Assembly (NCBI GenBank): GCA_964508365.1
Contig: CAZDTP010000039.1
Span: 1 to 38,453 of the forward strand
Origin: an uncultured archaeon
Lineage (GTDB): Archaea; Asgardarchaeota; Lokiarchaeia; Sigyniarchaeales; SOKP01
Reading direction: 5' to 3'
DNA: 38,453 nucleotides
Positions 29,190-38,366 of the stretch are shown in pieces. Numbering within the stretch: position 1 is the stretch's first letter; every line of letters starts with the position of its first letter. The translations under genes and the position numbers were made by a program. The notes beneath the pieces were generated by a model. It was not told where the DNA came from and searched no databases. It worked only from the letters and a program-made list of their open reading frames with translations.

Positions 29190-29385
29190 TCAAGATTTAC
29201 TCCAAATTTTATAAAGTGGTCCTTTGTCGTTAAAGCCTCCAGTTTTAACAACTTTTTTTTCTGAATAAATACAAGCCATTCTAATAGTGTTCTTTACATT
29301 ATTATAATAATTAATTTGGGATTTGTAATCATAGTTATTGATATTCTTATGGGTAAGAGAACCCACCTCTGGATTTAAGTAAAAT
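29190..29385 (-). repeat. Second copy of the arcE leader plus decayed arcE 5' end
   Basis: 29276-29353 matches 27139-27216 with 5 mismatches in 78 nt (hand alignment). GTATTTATTCAGAAAAAAAAGTTGTTAAAACTGGAGGCTTTA resembles arcE GTGTCTATGCAAAAAAAGAGAGTTGTTATTATTGGAGCTTTA but lacks the start codons. Confidence 0.9.
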
Positions 29386-29418
29386 TTGGTAATAGTTTTT
29401 TTAATATAAGCAATTATT

Positions 29419-29826
29419 TTAGTAGTGGATTATCTCAAGATCTTCAATTCTTTCAAAATGATTTGTATTTTTTGTTATTATTTTCTTTATCCCATTTGAT
29501 AACATAATACCCGCAATAAGAATGTCGTTGTCATCAATTACAAGACCTTGGGATTCTAAATTATCATAAACCTTAGCTGCCATTTCAGCTTCTTTATATC
29601 CTAATGGAAAGATTTCCATGCTGCTAATAAATTCAGTCCATATTTTATAGAGTTCATTATATCTTTTTTTGGATATTTTTCTTTTAGTCCTTTCTAAGCC
29701 AATATTGATTTCATACACTGTAATTGATGTAATATGAATTAAATCTTCCTGTTTAGAGATACTTTTTTTAATTTCTTCATTACCATTGAGATAATCAATG
29801 CAGGCAGAAGTATCTAATATGATCAT
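29419..29826 (-). CDS. vapC: PIN-domain toxin (VapC)
   Basis: IILDTSACID, ITVYEI, IDDNDILIAG, ITKNTNHF acidic PIN motifs; 4-nt overlap with the antitoxin. Confidence 0.92.
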   Translation of the reverse strand: MIILDTSACIDYLNGNEEIKKSISKQEDLIHITSITVYEINIGLERTKRKISKKRYNELYKIWTEFISSMEIFPLGYKEAEMAAKVYDNLESQGLVIDDNDILIAGIMLSNGIKKIITKNTNHFERIEDLEIIHY

Positions 29827-30062
29827 TTAATCTCACCGATTTCGGAATCTTTCCAACTACGACCGGGACGATTTGAAATATCTTCCCAAATTTCATTTTT
29901 TTCTTTTGCTGAAAGGTTCCAAGTTCCAAAATTTTTTTCCATATTCAGCTTTTGAATTTTTAACAATCGTAAAAAAAGTTCAGAAAAACTCTCATTCTTC
30001 CTTTTAATCTTCATTAATTTTTTATATACTTCTTCGGTTATACTGATATTTTTTGAAGTCAT
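29823..30062 (-). CDS. vapB: VapB-type antitoxin (archaeal DUF217-like)
   Basis: MTSKNISITEEVYKKLMKIKRKNESFSELFLRLL; probable start is ATG 30062, not 30086. Confidence 0.85.
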   Translation of the reverse strand: MTSKNISITEEVYKKLMKIKRKNESFSELFLRLLKIQKLNMEKNFGTWNLSAKEKNEIWEDISNRPGRSWKDSEIGEIK

Positions 30063-30086
30063 ATGTATATATGTATACATACACAT
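30061..30086. promoter_or_regulatory. Palindromic candidate autoregulatory operator of vapBC
   Basis: Perfect 12-bp palindrome TATGTATACATA at 30070-30081, with an adjacent near-palindrome just upstream of the vapB start. Confidence 0.5.
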
Positions 30087-30222
30087 AAAAAGATTTTTTT
30101 AGAAAGCTAATAATTGATATTAGTCCATAAGAAAAAAAAAAGGGAATGATCAGGAAAACTCATCGTTGAAATTTAGTTTAAAAAATAAGCAACACATATC
30201 AATTGTAATTATAAAATAGATT

Positions 30223-31110
30223 TTAAGTTAATGAACTTTTGTTGGTGTTCGCAACTAAAGCTTCTATTATCTGTGGTATAACTTCACTGGGAAAACTATG
30301 TCCCATTCCATCCAAAATCAGCAGTTCTGCTCCGGGTATCGCTGCTGCAATCTCCTTTCCCGCTTCAATAGAGTTAAAGGGGTCTAATTCTCCATGAATA
30401 ACTAGCGTAGGCACTTGTATTGCAGAAATTCTGGGTTTAATATTACCAGGAACAGCCATTGCCGCTAATTGGCGTGCTATCCCTTCAGGATAATAACTAC
30501 GATCATATTCTTTTGTTCTATAATCTCTACCTTGTTTCTCGTCATAAGTATAAGTGCCGTAAATGAGACTATCGCGCTTGACCATTTCTTCGATATATGC
30601 CTCGCGTTCAGAAGGAACGGGTGCAAAGAATTGCGCCATGATTTCTGGTTTCGCTTGGGGTAGATCGGGATTTCCAGTTGTACTCATAATTACCGTGAGA
30701 GATAACACTCGAGAGGGATGCTTATATGCTAGAATCTGTGCGATCATTCCACCCATGGAAGCACCGCAGATGTGTGCTTTATCTACATTCAGAGCATCCA
30801 AGACACCAACGGCATCATCGGCCATTTCTTCTATAGTGTAAGGCACTTTGGGAATCTCTCCTCGAGCATAGGCAGTATTAATCTCCATAAAGTTCGGCAA
30901 ACCTGCATCTTCAAATTTTGTTGACAACCCTACATCCCTATTGTCGAACCTAATAACAAAAAAACCATGGCTTGCAAGATTTTCGCATATCTCATCTGAC
31001 CAAGCGAGTAACTGGCTTCCTAGTCCCGCTATCAATAACAATGGTTTTGAAGTCGGATCCCCAATTATCTCATATTCAATCTTTATATTATTTACATTCG
31101 CTTTTGGCAT
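30223..31110 (-). CDS. Alpha/beta hydrolase (esterase)
   Basis: IAGLG oxyanion motif, RFDNRDVGLS, nucleophile GASMGG, IHGELD, GMGH. Confidence 0.92.
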   Translation of the reverse strand: MPKANVNNIKIEYEIIGDPTSKPLLLIAGLGSQLLAWSDEICENLASHGFFVIRFDNRDVGLSTKFEDAGLPNFMEINTAYARGEIPKVPYTIEEMADDAVGVLDALNVDKAHICGASMGGMIAQILAYKHPSRVLSLTVIMSTTGNPDLPQAKPEIMAQFFAPVPSEREAYIEEMVKRDSLIYGTYTYDEKQGRDYRTKEYDRSYYPEGIARQLAAMAVPGNIKPRISAIQVPTLVIHGELDPFNSIEAGKEIAAAIPGAELLILDGMGHSFPSEVIPQIIEALVANTNKSSLT

Positions 31111-31203
31111 TATATATCTTCCTCATCATTGTTATAATTCATATTAAATATATGAAATGTGATAAATAATTAAAAAACATAAAGCTTTCTTTTATAAAAA
31201 ATC

Positions 31204-32475
31204 CTATTTGCTAAGATTTGATACCTTTAATTTAAGTCTGTTAACTTCGTTAAGAAATATATTTGAAGCAATAAATGATGATTCTTTCTCTTCTTTTTGT
31301 AGCAAAATTCTGATTTTTAGTTCATAGGCTTTTAGCAGAATTTCTGTATTGAGTCTATTAGTGGCATTAATAATTACATCGAGAATATGAAGGGCAAGTT
31401 GCAGCTTTCCTTCTTCAAAAAGGTTTGTAGCTCGTATTAAACACTCCTTCTCACCGCAAATTTTTAAGAATTCGTTTGCGATTTCACTTTTTTTCGCGGG
31501 AAAAAGGTCTGTAGGATTACCAGTGTTGTACCATCCATGATATAGTCTATAGACTGCATGTATTGCAAACCTATAGCATCCATACACCTGTGCTAAGATT
31601 TCGTGATTATATTTTTCAGGAAATATATCTAACATTTCGTGATATATCTGTTCAAACCACTTTCCTTCATTCATTCTTTTCACAACTTCGTCATGAACGA
31701 AATGCAATGCTTCAGCAGTTATTGTAAGAATTTCTTCTATTTTTTCCCTTCCTTCAATGAGAGGTCCTTGACCTGGAACCATATACTCGGGTTTTTTTTC
31801 TCTCATTTTATCTAATGCGTGAGCCCAATCCTTAGGATATCTCTGAACCTTATATGGGTTGCCTACATTAGGAAAGCAAGAAATTATAAAATCCCCCGTG
31901 AAAAGAACCTTTTCCTCAGGCACGAACATCCATATGTGATCATCTGTTTCGCCCTTATCGTGATATAATTCAAATTTGTATTCCCCACACTTAAACGTAT
32001 AGTTTTCATTTCCGCGTAGTAGGATTGTTGGATTAAGAATCTCCTGAGCTGAGTTATATTGTTTATTTTTTCCTATTACAGAACCGAATTGTTGATCATG
32101 CACCCAATTATTATATTTATCTAGCATCCTGTATTTTTCAAATCGAGTTACGGTGTTTTCATGCGCAATTATTTGAGGCATTTCCCACTTATTTTCTTTT
32201 ATTTCCTCAATTAAGGGTCCGTATCCGAAACAGTGATCATAATGTCCATGAGAAAATATGATATATTTAATGGGTTTGTCAGTTATTTCCCTAAGTGAAT
32301 TAAAGACTTTTGAACCGTTTATCCTTGAGGAGATATCGAATATAACTAAACCATCGCTCGTTTCAACAACTCCCACATTTGAAAAAGCACTGATTTTGTG
32401 GAAGTTGCCATTTGCGAAAGATCTAGGAGGATATAAACCAAATAGCATTTTTCTATATTTTTCAGTTAATTTCAT
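31204..32475 (-). CDS. Metallo-beta-lactamase-fold alkyl/aryl sulfatase-like protein
   Basis: SHGHYDH, GETDD, FTGD, PNVGNPYKVQRYP, YGCYRFA..AVYRLYHGWY dimerisation region. Confidence 0.85.
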   Translation of the reverse strand: MKLTEKYRKMLFGLYPPRSFANGNFHKISAFSNVGVVETSDGLVIFDISSRINGSKVFNSLREITDKPIKYIIFSHGHYDHCFGYGPLIEEIKENKWEMPQIIAHENTVTRFEKYRMLDKYNNWVHDQQFGSVIGKNKQYNSAQEILNPTILLRGNENYTFKCGEYKFELYHDKGETDDHIWMFVPEEKVLFTGDFIISCFPNVGNPYKVQRYPKDWAHALDKMREKKPEYMVPGQGPLIEGREKIEEILTITAEALHFVHDEVVKRMNEGKWFEQIYHEMLDIFPEKYNHEILAQVYGCYRFAIHAVYRLYHGWYNTGNPTDLFPAKKSEIANEFLKICGEKECLIRATNLFEEGKLQLALHILDVIINATNRLNTEILLKAYELKIRILLQKEEKESSFIASNIFLNEVNRLKLKVSNLSK

Positions 32476-32555
32476 AATAATTACTCTTAAATATTTTAAT
32501 TTCTATTGATTTTCTTTCTTTGAACGATTGTATAAATTTTTCGTAAATTACCATC

Positions 32556-33665
32556 TTAGCTTATAAACTGAAGGCAAAAGCGTATTGCAGGAAAAATATG
32601 ATAAGCGATTCCTAATATGTGTGGACTTAATGATATTTTAGGATCACCGTAAAACTCAAATTGATGTGGAATTTCAAATTCATTAAGGGTTTCATGAATT
32701 CCTTTTGTTGAAATTGCAGAACCCATCTCATCGCTTTGAGCACAATTAATCAATAATTTAATTTGTTTCAGTGCATCCGGGTGGTCTTTAATCAAATTAT
32801 TTATATTATATTTCATCCAGTTCTTTAACGCGTCCTCGTTCAAACTTATTATTTTTCCATTTTCGTCACGTTTAATTGACGGCAATAAAGGATTATCTTT
32901 TGAGAAGATGAGATCGCATGTGTCCAAAATGTCCGCCCATGTTTTCGCTCCCCTTTTTTTGCTTATAATTTCTCCAAAAAGTTCCTTCATGAGAGGAACC
33001 ACTAGTTTCCAATCTAATAATTCTGGAACTAAATTTCCTGGGCTTAAAGCAGCCGCTGCGATGAATTTTTCAGGAAAAGTAAGGCATATTCTCAAAGTTC
33101 CTGCACCACCCATTGAACCTCCTACCAAAACTCTATGTTGCCTATCAGGAATAGTTCTAAAAGAAGAGTCCATATATTCTACAACATCTTTAGCAATATA
33201 ATCCAAGTAATTTCCAGAGAAGGGAGAATTAATATAATAACTCCCTTTTGTGGCAGGTACACCACGTAAATTATTTGTCCGGTTTATATTAGGAATATGG
33301 AGACTTGCATCAGGTTGAGCTAATATAAAAGGTTTTGATTCTCCATTCGTAATTAACTCATCCAATTTTTCATAGGTAATGATTTTATCTAAATGAACTT
33401 TGTCTAATAGCTTTTTTGGAATGCGATCTAATGGTAAAACTCTTTCACTCTCAAGATTGGAAGTGATTGTCCAATTATGATTATTTCCTCCATATCCATG
33501 TAGAAAATAGATTACTGGATATCTTTTATCCTCAGAGTCAAAATAATTCGGAGGTAAATAAACACGTAAATCACGATCTACTGGACTATTAAGAGGATTA
33601 TCTTCTAGACTTGCTGATCTAAAATTATCTATAATATATCTTTTATTTTGTTGATTTTTAGACGT
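32556..33665 (-). CDS. Putative esterase (PF00756-like), probably starting at ACG 33665
   Basis: The frame is open 300 nt upstream of the track's TTG start and encodes SLEDNPLNSPVDRDLRVYLPPNY...RYPVIYFLHGYGG; nucleophile GGSMGG; GGTGA RBS 6 nt before ACG. Confidence 0.8.
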   Translation of the reverse strand, partial: TSKNQQNKRYIIDNFRSASLEDNPLNSPVDRDLRVYLPPNYFDSEDKRYPVIYFLHGYGGNNHNWTITSNLESERVLPLDRIPKKLLDKVHLDKIITYEKLDELITNGESKPFILAQPDASLHIPNINRTNNLRGVPATKGSYYINSPFSGNYLDYIAKDVVEYMDSSFRTIPDRQHRVLVGGSMGGAGTLRICLTFPEKFIAAAALSPGNLVPELLDWKLVVPLMKELFGEIISKKRGAKTWADILDTCDLIFSKDNPLLPSIKRDENGKIISLNEDALKNWMKYNINNLIKDHPDALKQIKLLINCAQSDEMGSAISTKGIHETLNEFEIPHQFEFYGDPKISLSPHILGIAYHIFPAIRFCLQFIS

Positions 33666-33723
33666 AAAAAATCACCAATTCATCAAACTATATATTAGTT
33701 TTATTTTAAATAAAAAAGTGAAG

Positions 33724-35160
33724 TTACAATCCTAATTGCTTTAATTTTTCTGAATTTTGTAGCGCTTCTTCTTTAGTTATAGTGTACATCAGAGTAAATG
33801 CAATCATTCCTATGATCACTATAAAGAATGGAATTAAACTGATTTGCATCAGTAATCCTATATATGCATCAGCATAGGTATTAGGGTCACTAGAAACATA
33901 GCCAGTGAAGCTAGAAACGATCGCAAATATAAAGGTTTGAATCGCATAAGAAAAAGCTGTAAATACCCTTAATATACCCGTGTAAGAGCCTTCTTCGCGC
34001 TTACCTGATTGAATAACTGCTTTATCAATTGCTTCGGCACCTATATAGATTCCAGTTACAATAACTGCTCCATAACCAAACCCTCCAAATATACACACGA
34101 AATTCAGGAGTGAAACGGGTAATAAAAATAACATTAGAAAAAACAGACTAAAAACTATTAAACTTATAATCCCACTTTTTCTTGCTCCATATTTCTTAAT
34201 AAATGGGATATAAAGCAATGATCCGATAAAGCTCATAATTAAAACTATTATTCTTGGAAGCATTGCCTCCAAAGAATCAACATCATAACCAAGTCCGTCA
34301 AAGAAGAAAAAAGGTAAACCATTCAAAAAGCAAACTCCTGCAATTGAATACAAAGAGAACATAATAACATACGCCATCCAATTCCTATTCGAAAAAATTC
34401 GAAATAAAGATTCTTTAGCTGAAGAAGAACTCTTGCGTTTTCGATCTAATTGCGCTCTGAATGCTCTTATCTCTTTATTTTCATAAGCCCCATAAGAAAA
34501 CGGAATTAACATAATGTAGGATAAAATTACACTTATTATTACGGTTCCTATATACGCATTTGGATCATCCTGTCCCCCCAAGCGCCCTAAAATTATTGGT
34601 ATCAAAATTGATACAATTAATACTTGATAAATAAAAGTAATAATCTGGCTCGCTCTTATGCTCTTAGTTCGCTGGCGTTGACTTCGGAATAAATCTGGAA
34701 ACAATGCAGATTGATTAACTTCGGATATCGTTGATAGTGTCTCGTAAATACACATCATGGCGATTAGCCAAACTATCGAAAGCAATAAATTATTTGGTTC
34801 ATTTACAACAAAAGAAATTGGGATAAAACATAGAATTAAAAATATTGGTTGTGTAAGATGACCGATTATTATCCAAGGAAATCTTTTTCCATATTTCTCA
34901 GTAAATCTAGTTGAACGATCTGCAAAATAACCAATTAGCGGATCGTTAAATGCGTCAACTATGGAATATATGAGATATATTATAAAAATAGTGGTCTGAG
35001 GGATTAATAAAATGCGAGCGCTAAAATATTGAATCCTTCCCCACATCCCTACTAATATTAATCCAACTGGACCACCCATTGCCCATGCCCAATATTTCAC
35101 TCCTTTATGGGGCGATCTCCGAATTAAATCGGTACCATTCTTCACTTCTGACTGAGACAT
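33724..35160 (-). CDS. MFS transporter, GPH/MelB (MFS_2) family
   Basis: DAFNDPLIGYFADRS...GKRFPWI, AEAIDKAVIQSGKREEGSYTG; about 12 TM segments; GGTGA RBS. Confidence 0.9.
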   Translation of the reverse strand: MSQSEVKNGTDLIRRSPHKGVKYWAWAMGGPVGLILVGMWGRIQYFSARILLIPQTTIFIIYLIYSIVDAFNDPLIGYFADRSTRFTEKYGKRFPWIIIGHLTQPIFLILCFIPISFVVNEPNNLLLSIVWLIAMMCIYETLSTISEVNQSALFPDLFRSQRQRTKSIRASQIITFIYQVLIVSILIPIILGRLGGQDDPNAYIGTVIISVILSYIMLIPFSYGAYENKEIRAFRAQLDRKRKSSSSAKESLFRIFSNRNWMAYVIMFSLYSIAGVCFLNGLPFFFFDGLGYDVDSLEAMLPRIIVLIMSFIGSLLYIPFIKKYGARKSGIISLIVFSLFFLMLFLLPVSLLNFVCIFGGFGYGAVIVTGIYIGAEAIDKAVIQSGKREEGSYTGILRVFTAFSYAIQTFIFAIVSSFTGYVSSDPNTYADAYIGLLMQISLIPFFIVIIGMIAFTLMYTITKEEALQNSEKLKQLGL

Positions 35161-35403
35161 TTTATTTTTTTCACCGAAATTAAATCGATTTTATAAAATT
35201 ATATCAATCTTAATTAAATATAAATCTTCAATTTTTTTTTTATCCTTTATTATAACACATAAAGAAAAAGGCTTTCAATTATTCAATTGTAGAAAAAGCT
35301 ATAAAAACCTCAGAGAACTCATTTTCTATAAAGTATAGCACAAAATAAACAAAATAAATTCAAAAAAAATAAAAATTGATTCTTAGTTGTTAAAACTATT
35401 CAT

Positions 35404-35727
35404 TTATTGAAATGCTTTCCATTTTTCTTCTAGTTTTGGATCCTACAAGGTACCCATGATATATTTACCGAACTCTTCACCTGTTGCCCCTGTATCTCTC
35501 CCAGTAACTTTTAACTTTTTCTCATATAAAGCACATATATCTAATGCCATTTCAAGCTTTTTAGCCTTTTCTATGAACCCAATATGATTTAAGAGCATAG
35601 CAGAGGCTTTAATTATACTAGTTGGGTCTGCATATTGAGTTCTTCCCGTGTCTACCATTCTAGGTGCCGTACCGTGGATAGCTTCAAACATCGCATATGG
35701 ATGATTTCCATCCATACCAGTTGCCAT
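35404..35727 (-). pseudogene. Decayed 3' fragment of isocitrate/isopropylmalate dehydrogenase
   Basis: YAMFEAIHGTAPRMV...ADPTSIIKASAMLLNHIG...VTGRDTGATGEEFGKYIMGTL*DPKLEEKWKAFQ*; no 5' part; internal TAG at 35443-35445. Confidence 0.85.
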
Positions 35728-35769
35728 AAAGCTCCACCCAAATGTCTTACTAAAAAGTTTTTTTGGAGG

Positions 35770-36177
35770 ATACGTTCTCAGCGTATTCCACTATTCTCTG
35801 AGGGCACTCAGAATATTGTGGATGTAATGAAAGAAAATGGGGTAAAGAGAATTATTATAATGTCTGAATATGCTTACGGTGAGCATTATAGGAATTTTGG
35901 ATTAATGATGAGAGGTTTAACAAAACTATACGAAAAATTTGGATGTTTTCAAATAGGTGAGCGTAAAAAACAAGATGAAGTAAAATACAATAGTGGATTA
36001 AATTGGACCACTAATTGGATTAGAGGAATGAATGATGATGAGGGGAGAGGTGATCTTAAGCTTACATTTGAACCCAAATCAAAATTTAAGGGCATTTATC
36101 GAGGAACGGCAGCAGAAAAGGTACTAAACGAATTCGAAACTCCTGAAAATTACTTGCATAAAAATGTTTATTTCTAA
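35770..36177 (+). pseudogene. 3' fragment of an NAD(P)H-binding (atypical SDR/flavin reductase-like) gene
   Basis: LFSEGTQNIVDVMKENGVKRIIIMS...SGLNWT...IYRG; the N-terminal GxxGxxG Rossmann part is missing. Left boundary approximate. Confidence 0.6.
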
Positions 36178-36296
36178 ATTTTTTTCTATTACTTTTAAAA
36201 CTTATAAAATTTGATATCTAAACCAAATTTAAATAAAAACAATAGGAAATTTTAGTAAAACCTAAAGAAATATTAAAATAGATTACCTTATTTTTA

Positions 36297-36710
36297 TTGG
36301 AAGCAATGTCAAATAATGAAAGATATGCGAGTCTATGGTTTAAACAAGCAAAATTTGATCTAGATGCAGCTGAATCAAGTAAAAAAAATGGGAGCTATGA
36401 ATGGACTTGTTTTCAATGTCAGCAATCAGCAGAAAAAGCTTTAAAGGCATTTCTTTTTTACAATAGAAAGAGAAATATTATATCTCACTCAATTAGAAGA
36501 CTCATTGAACAATGTGGAGCTATTGATAAAGATTTCATAGATTTAAGAAAAGTTAAGGCTTTAGATCAATATTATATTCCTACTCGATATCCAAATGGAC
36601 TTCCTGATGAAGTGCCACATGAATTTTATACTGTGGAGGATGCTGAATTATGTGTAAATTATGCTCAAATGGTAATTCAATTGGTTCAAGCAAAGTTAAA
36701 GAATCTTTAA
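36297..36710 (+). CDS. HEPN-domain protein
   Basis: WFKQAKFDL..A, CFQCQQSAEKALKA, SHSI, LDQYYIPTRYP; start may be ATG 36306. Confidence 0.9.
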   Translation: MEAMSNNERYASLWFKQAKFDLDAAESSKKNGSYEWTCFQCQQSAEKALKAFLFYNRKRNIISHSIRRLIEQCGAIDKDFIDLRKVKALDQYYIPTRYPNGLPDEVPHEFYTVEDAELCVNYAQMVIQLVQAKLKNL

Positions 36711-36994
36711 TAAATTTTTTACATAAACTAACTGATCAGTTCCAAATTGATCAAATAATTCTTTTTGGAAGCTTTGCTCGGGGTGATTATCATGAAAACA
36801 GTGATATCGATTTGATTATTGTAGGAACATTTAAGGAACGTTTTTTTGATAGAATTGGGAAGGTTTTGGAGTTTGCACCTAAGGAGCTTGATGTCGAACC
36901 TTTTGTCTACACAAGGGAAGAATTCAATAAAATGAAGCAATATGAAAACCCCTTCTTGTTAAATGCCCTTTCAGAGGGAATATCTCTTATTTGA
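36650..36994 (+). CDS. Minimal nucleotidyltransferase (MNT)
   Basis: ILFGSFARGDYHENSDIDLIIV, DVEPFVYT; overlaps the HEPN gene. Confidence 0.9.
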   Translation: MCKLCSNGNSIGSSKVKESLINFLHKLTDQFQIDQIILFGSFARGDYHENSDIDLIIVGTFKERFFDRIGKVLEFAPKELDVEPFVYTREEFNKMKQYENPFLLNALSEGISLI

Positions 36995-37033
36995 TTCAAG
37001 TTTGATCAATTTTTTTGTTACTCATAATTATTT

Positions 37034-38287
37034 CTAGAAAATGTTATTAACTATTGAGATTGCTTTTTCAATTCCATTTTCGGTTTGAATTTCAGAACCG
37101 AGTCTGGCGGCATGTTCGCTCATCTCTTTATCATTTATAACTTCCTCAATAGCTTTCTTAAGTCTCATTACTGATAACTTCTTGCGGGGAATTGGATTTG
37201 GTCCAACGCCAAGTTTTCTAATTATGTGCCCCCAAAAAGGCTGGTCTCCATGAAAAGGAACAATAATTGCTGGTACACCTGCTGTAAGGCCAGCTGCAGT
37301 TGTGCCAGCACCTCCGTGATGAATAACAGCTCGAACTCGCGGAAAAAGCCATGAATGTGGTACTGACTCTACCATTAAAATATTATCGGGTAGCTCAGTT
37401 TTACTTAATCCACCCCAACCTGAATATACGACTGCACGTTGGTCAGTTTTGTTTAAAGCTTGAAATACCAAATTTGCCGTTTCTTCTGGTGCTTTACTGC
37501 TCATACTCCCAAATCCGATATAAAATGGAATGGGCTCGTTTTGTATAAATTCAATTAACTCTGAAGGAGGAATCCACTGATCTGGAGGATCCAATGACCA
37601 AAATCCCGTGATGTGAATATTTTCAGTCCAATCATTTGGTCGAGGAAAGACTGATGGACTTATTCCATAAATAATTAGCCCCTTTTTTAAGGAATCAGAC
37701 TTAAATGGGCCAAAAAAAGAAGACTTAGACAACCCAAGCACTTGTTCTCGAACAACTTTATCAGTTGGGCGGTAAGCCTGCCAAACAATCTGTTGTGTAA
37801 GACGATGTGATAGTCGATAACCCCCATGCCATCTTGGAAATTTAGGGAGTAAAGCTCCAGCAAAGGCTTTAGTGGGTGTAAAAGGAATATTCAAAGCCTG
37901 TATGAATGGTAAATCCAACTTCTCTGCTATAGAATTAGCTGTGAACAAACCGCTTATTCCTGCCATAATTATATCCATTTCACGGCAAGCTTCAAGACTT
38001 CTCTTAGCTAATAATATAGCGTTTTCCCTCAATTCATTTCCCATTCGTGCCATGGATTTGAGAAGCTTTCCGCTTTCTAAAACTTCTCGCATTTTTTCAC
38101 TTCTGATAATATCTTCCATGTTAACCTCAATTGGCCAGAATTCTAATCCATGAGATTCGACTTGTTTTTCATAATTCTGATTGGTTACCAATCTCACTGT
38201 ATTTCCAGCTTTTACCAAACCCTTTCCAAGGGCGAGAAATGGTTGAACATCACCTTGACTTCCTGGTGCAATAATAACAATGCGCAT
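37034..38287 (-). CDS. GT1-family glycosyltransferase (sterol 3-beta-glucosyltransferase-like)
   Basis: GSQGDVQPFLALG, YIGFGSM, VPHSWLFPRV..VIHHGGAGTTAAGL.AGVP.IIVPFHGDQPFWG. Confidence 0.9.
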   Translation of the reverse strand: MRIVIIAPGSQGDVQPFLALGKGLVKAGNTVRLVTNQNYEKQVESHGLEFWPIEVNMEDIIRSEKMREVLESGKLLKSMARMGNELRENAILLAKRSLEACREMDIIMAGISGLFTANSIAEKLDLPFIQALNIPFTPTKAFAGALLPKFPRWHGGYRLSHRLTQQIVWQAYRPTDKVVREQVLGLSKSSFFGPFKSDSLKKGLIIYGISPSVFPRPNDWTENIHITGFWSLDPPDQWIPPSELIEFIQNEPIPFYIGFGSMSSKAPEETANLVFQALNKTDQRAVVYSGWGGLSKTELPDNILMVESVPHSWLFPRVRAVIHHGGAGTTAAGLTAGVPAIIVPFHGDQPFWGHIIRKLGVGPNPIPRKKLSVMRLKKAIEEVINDKEMSEHAARLGSEIQTENGIEKAISIVNNIF

Positions 38288-38366
38288 AATTAATTACTTC
38301 TCATAACTTCGATTAAAAAATAAATAAAAAAATAAATAATTGAATCTAAATGTCAAACTTAAATAT

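Noticed and set aside
30063-30086. N-terminal extension MCMYTYIH of the antitoxin
   Set aside because: It is the translation of the palindromic operator-like DNA; family similarity starts at ATG 30062.
1384-38153. Antisense and nested ORFs of 60-125 aa in the track (e.g. 1384, 3352, 5737, 12710, 17694, 22214, 27649, 30563, 37872)
   Set aside because: They lie wholly opposite well-supported genes and have no motifs; typical antisense shadows.
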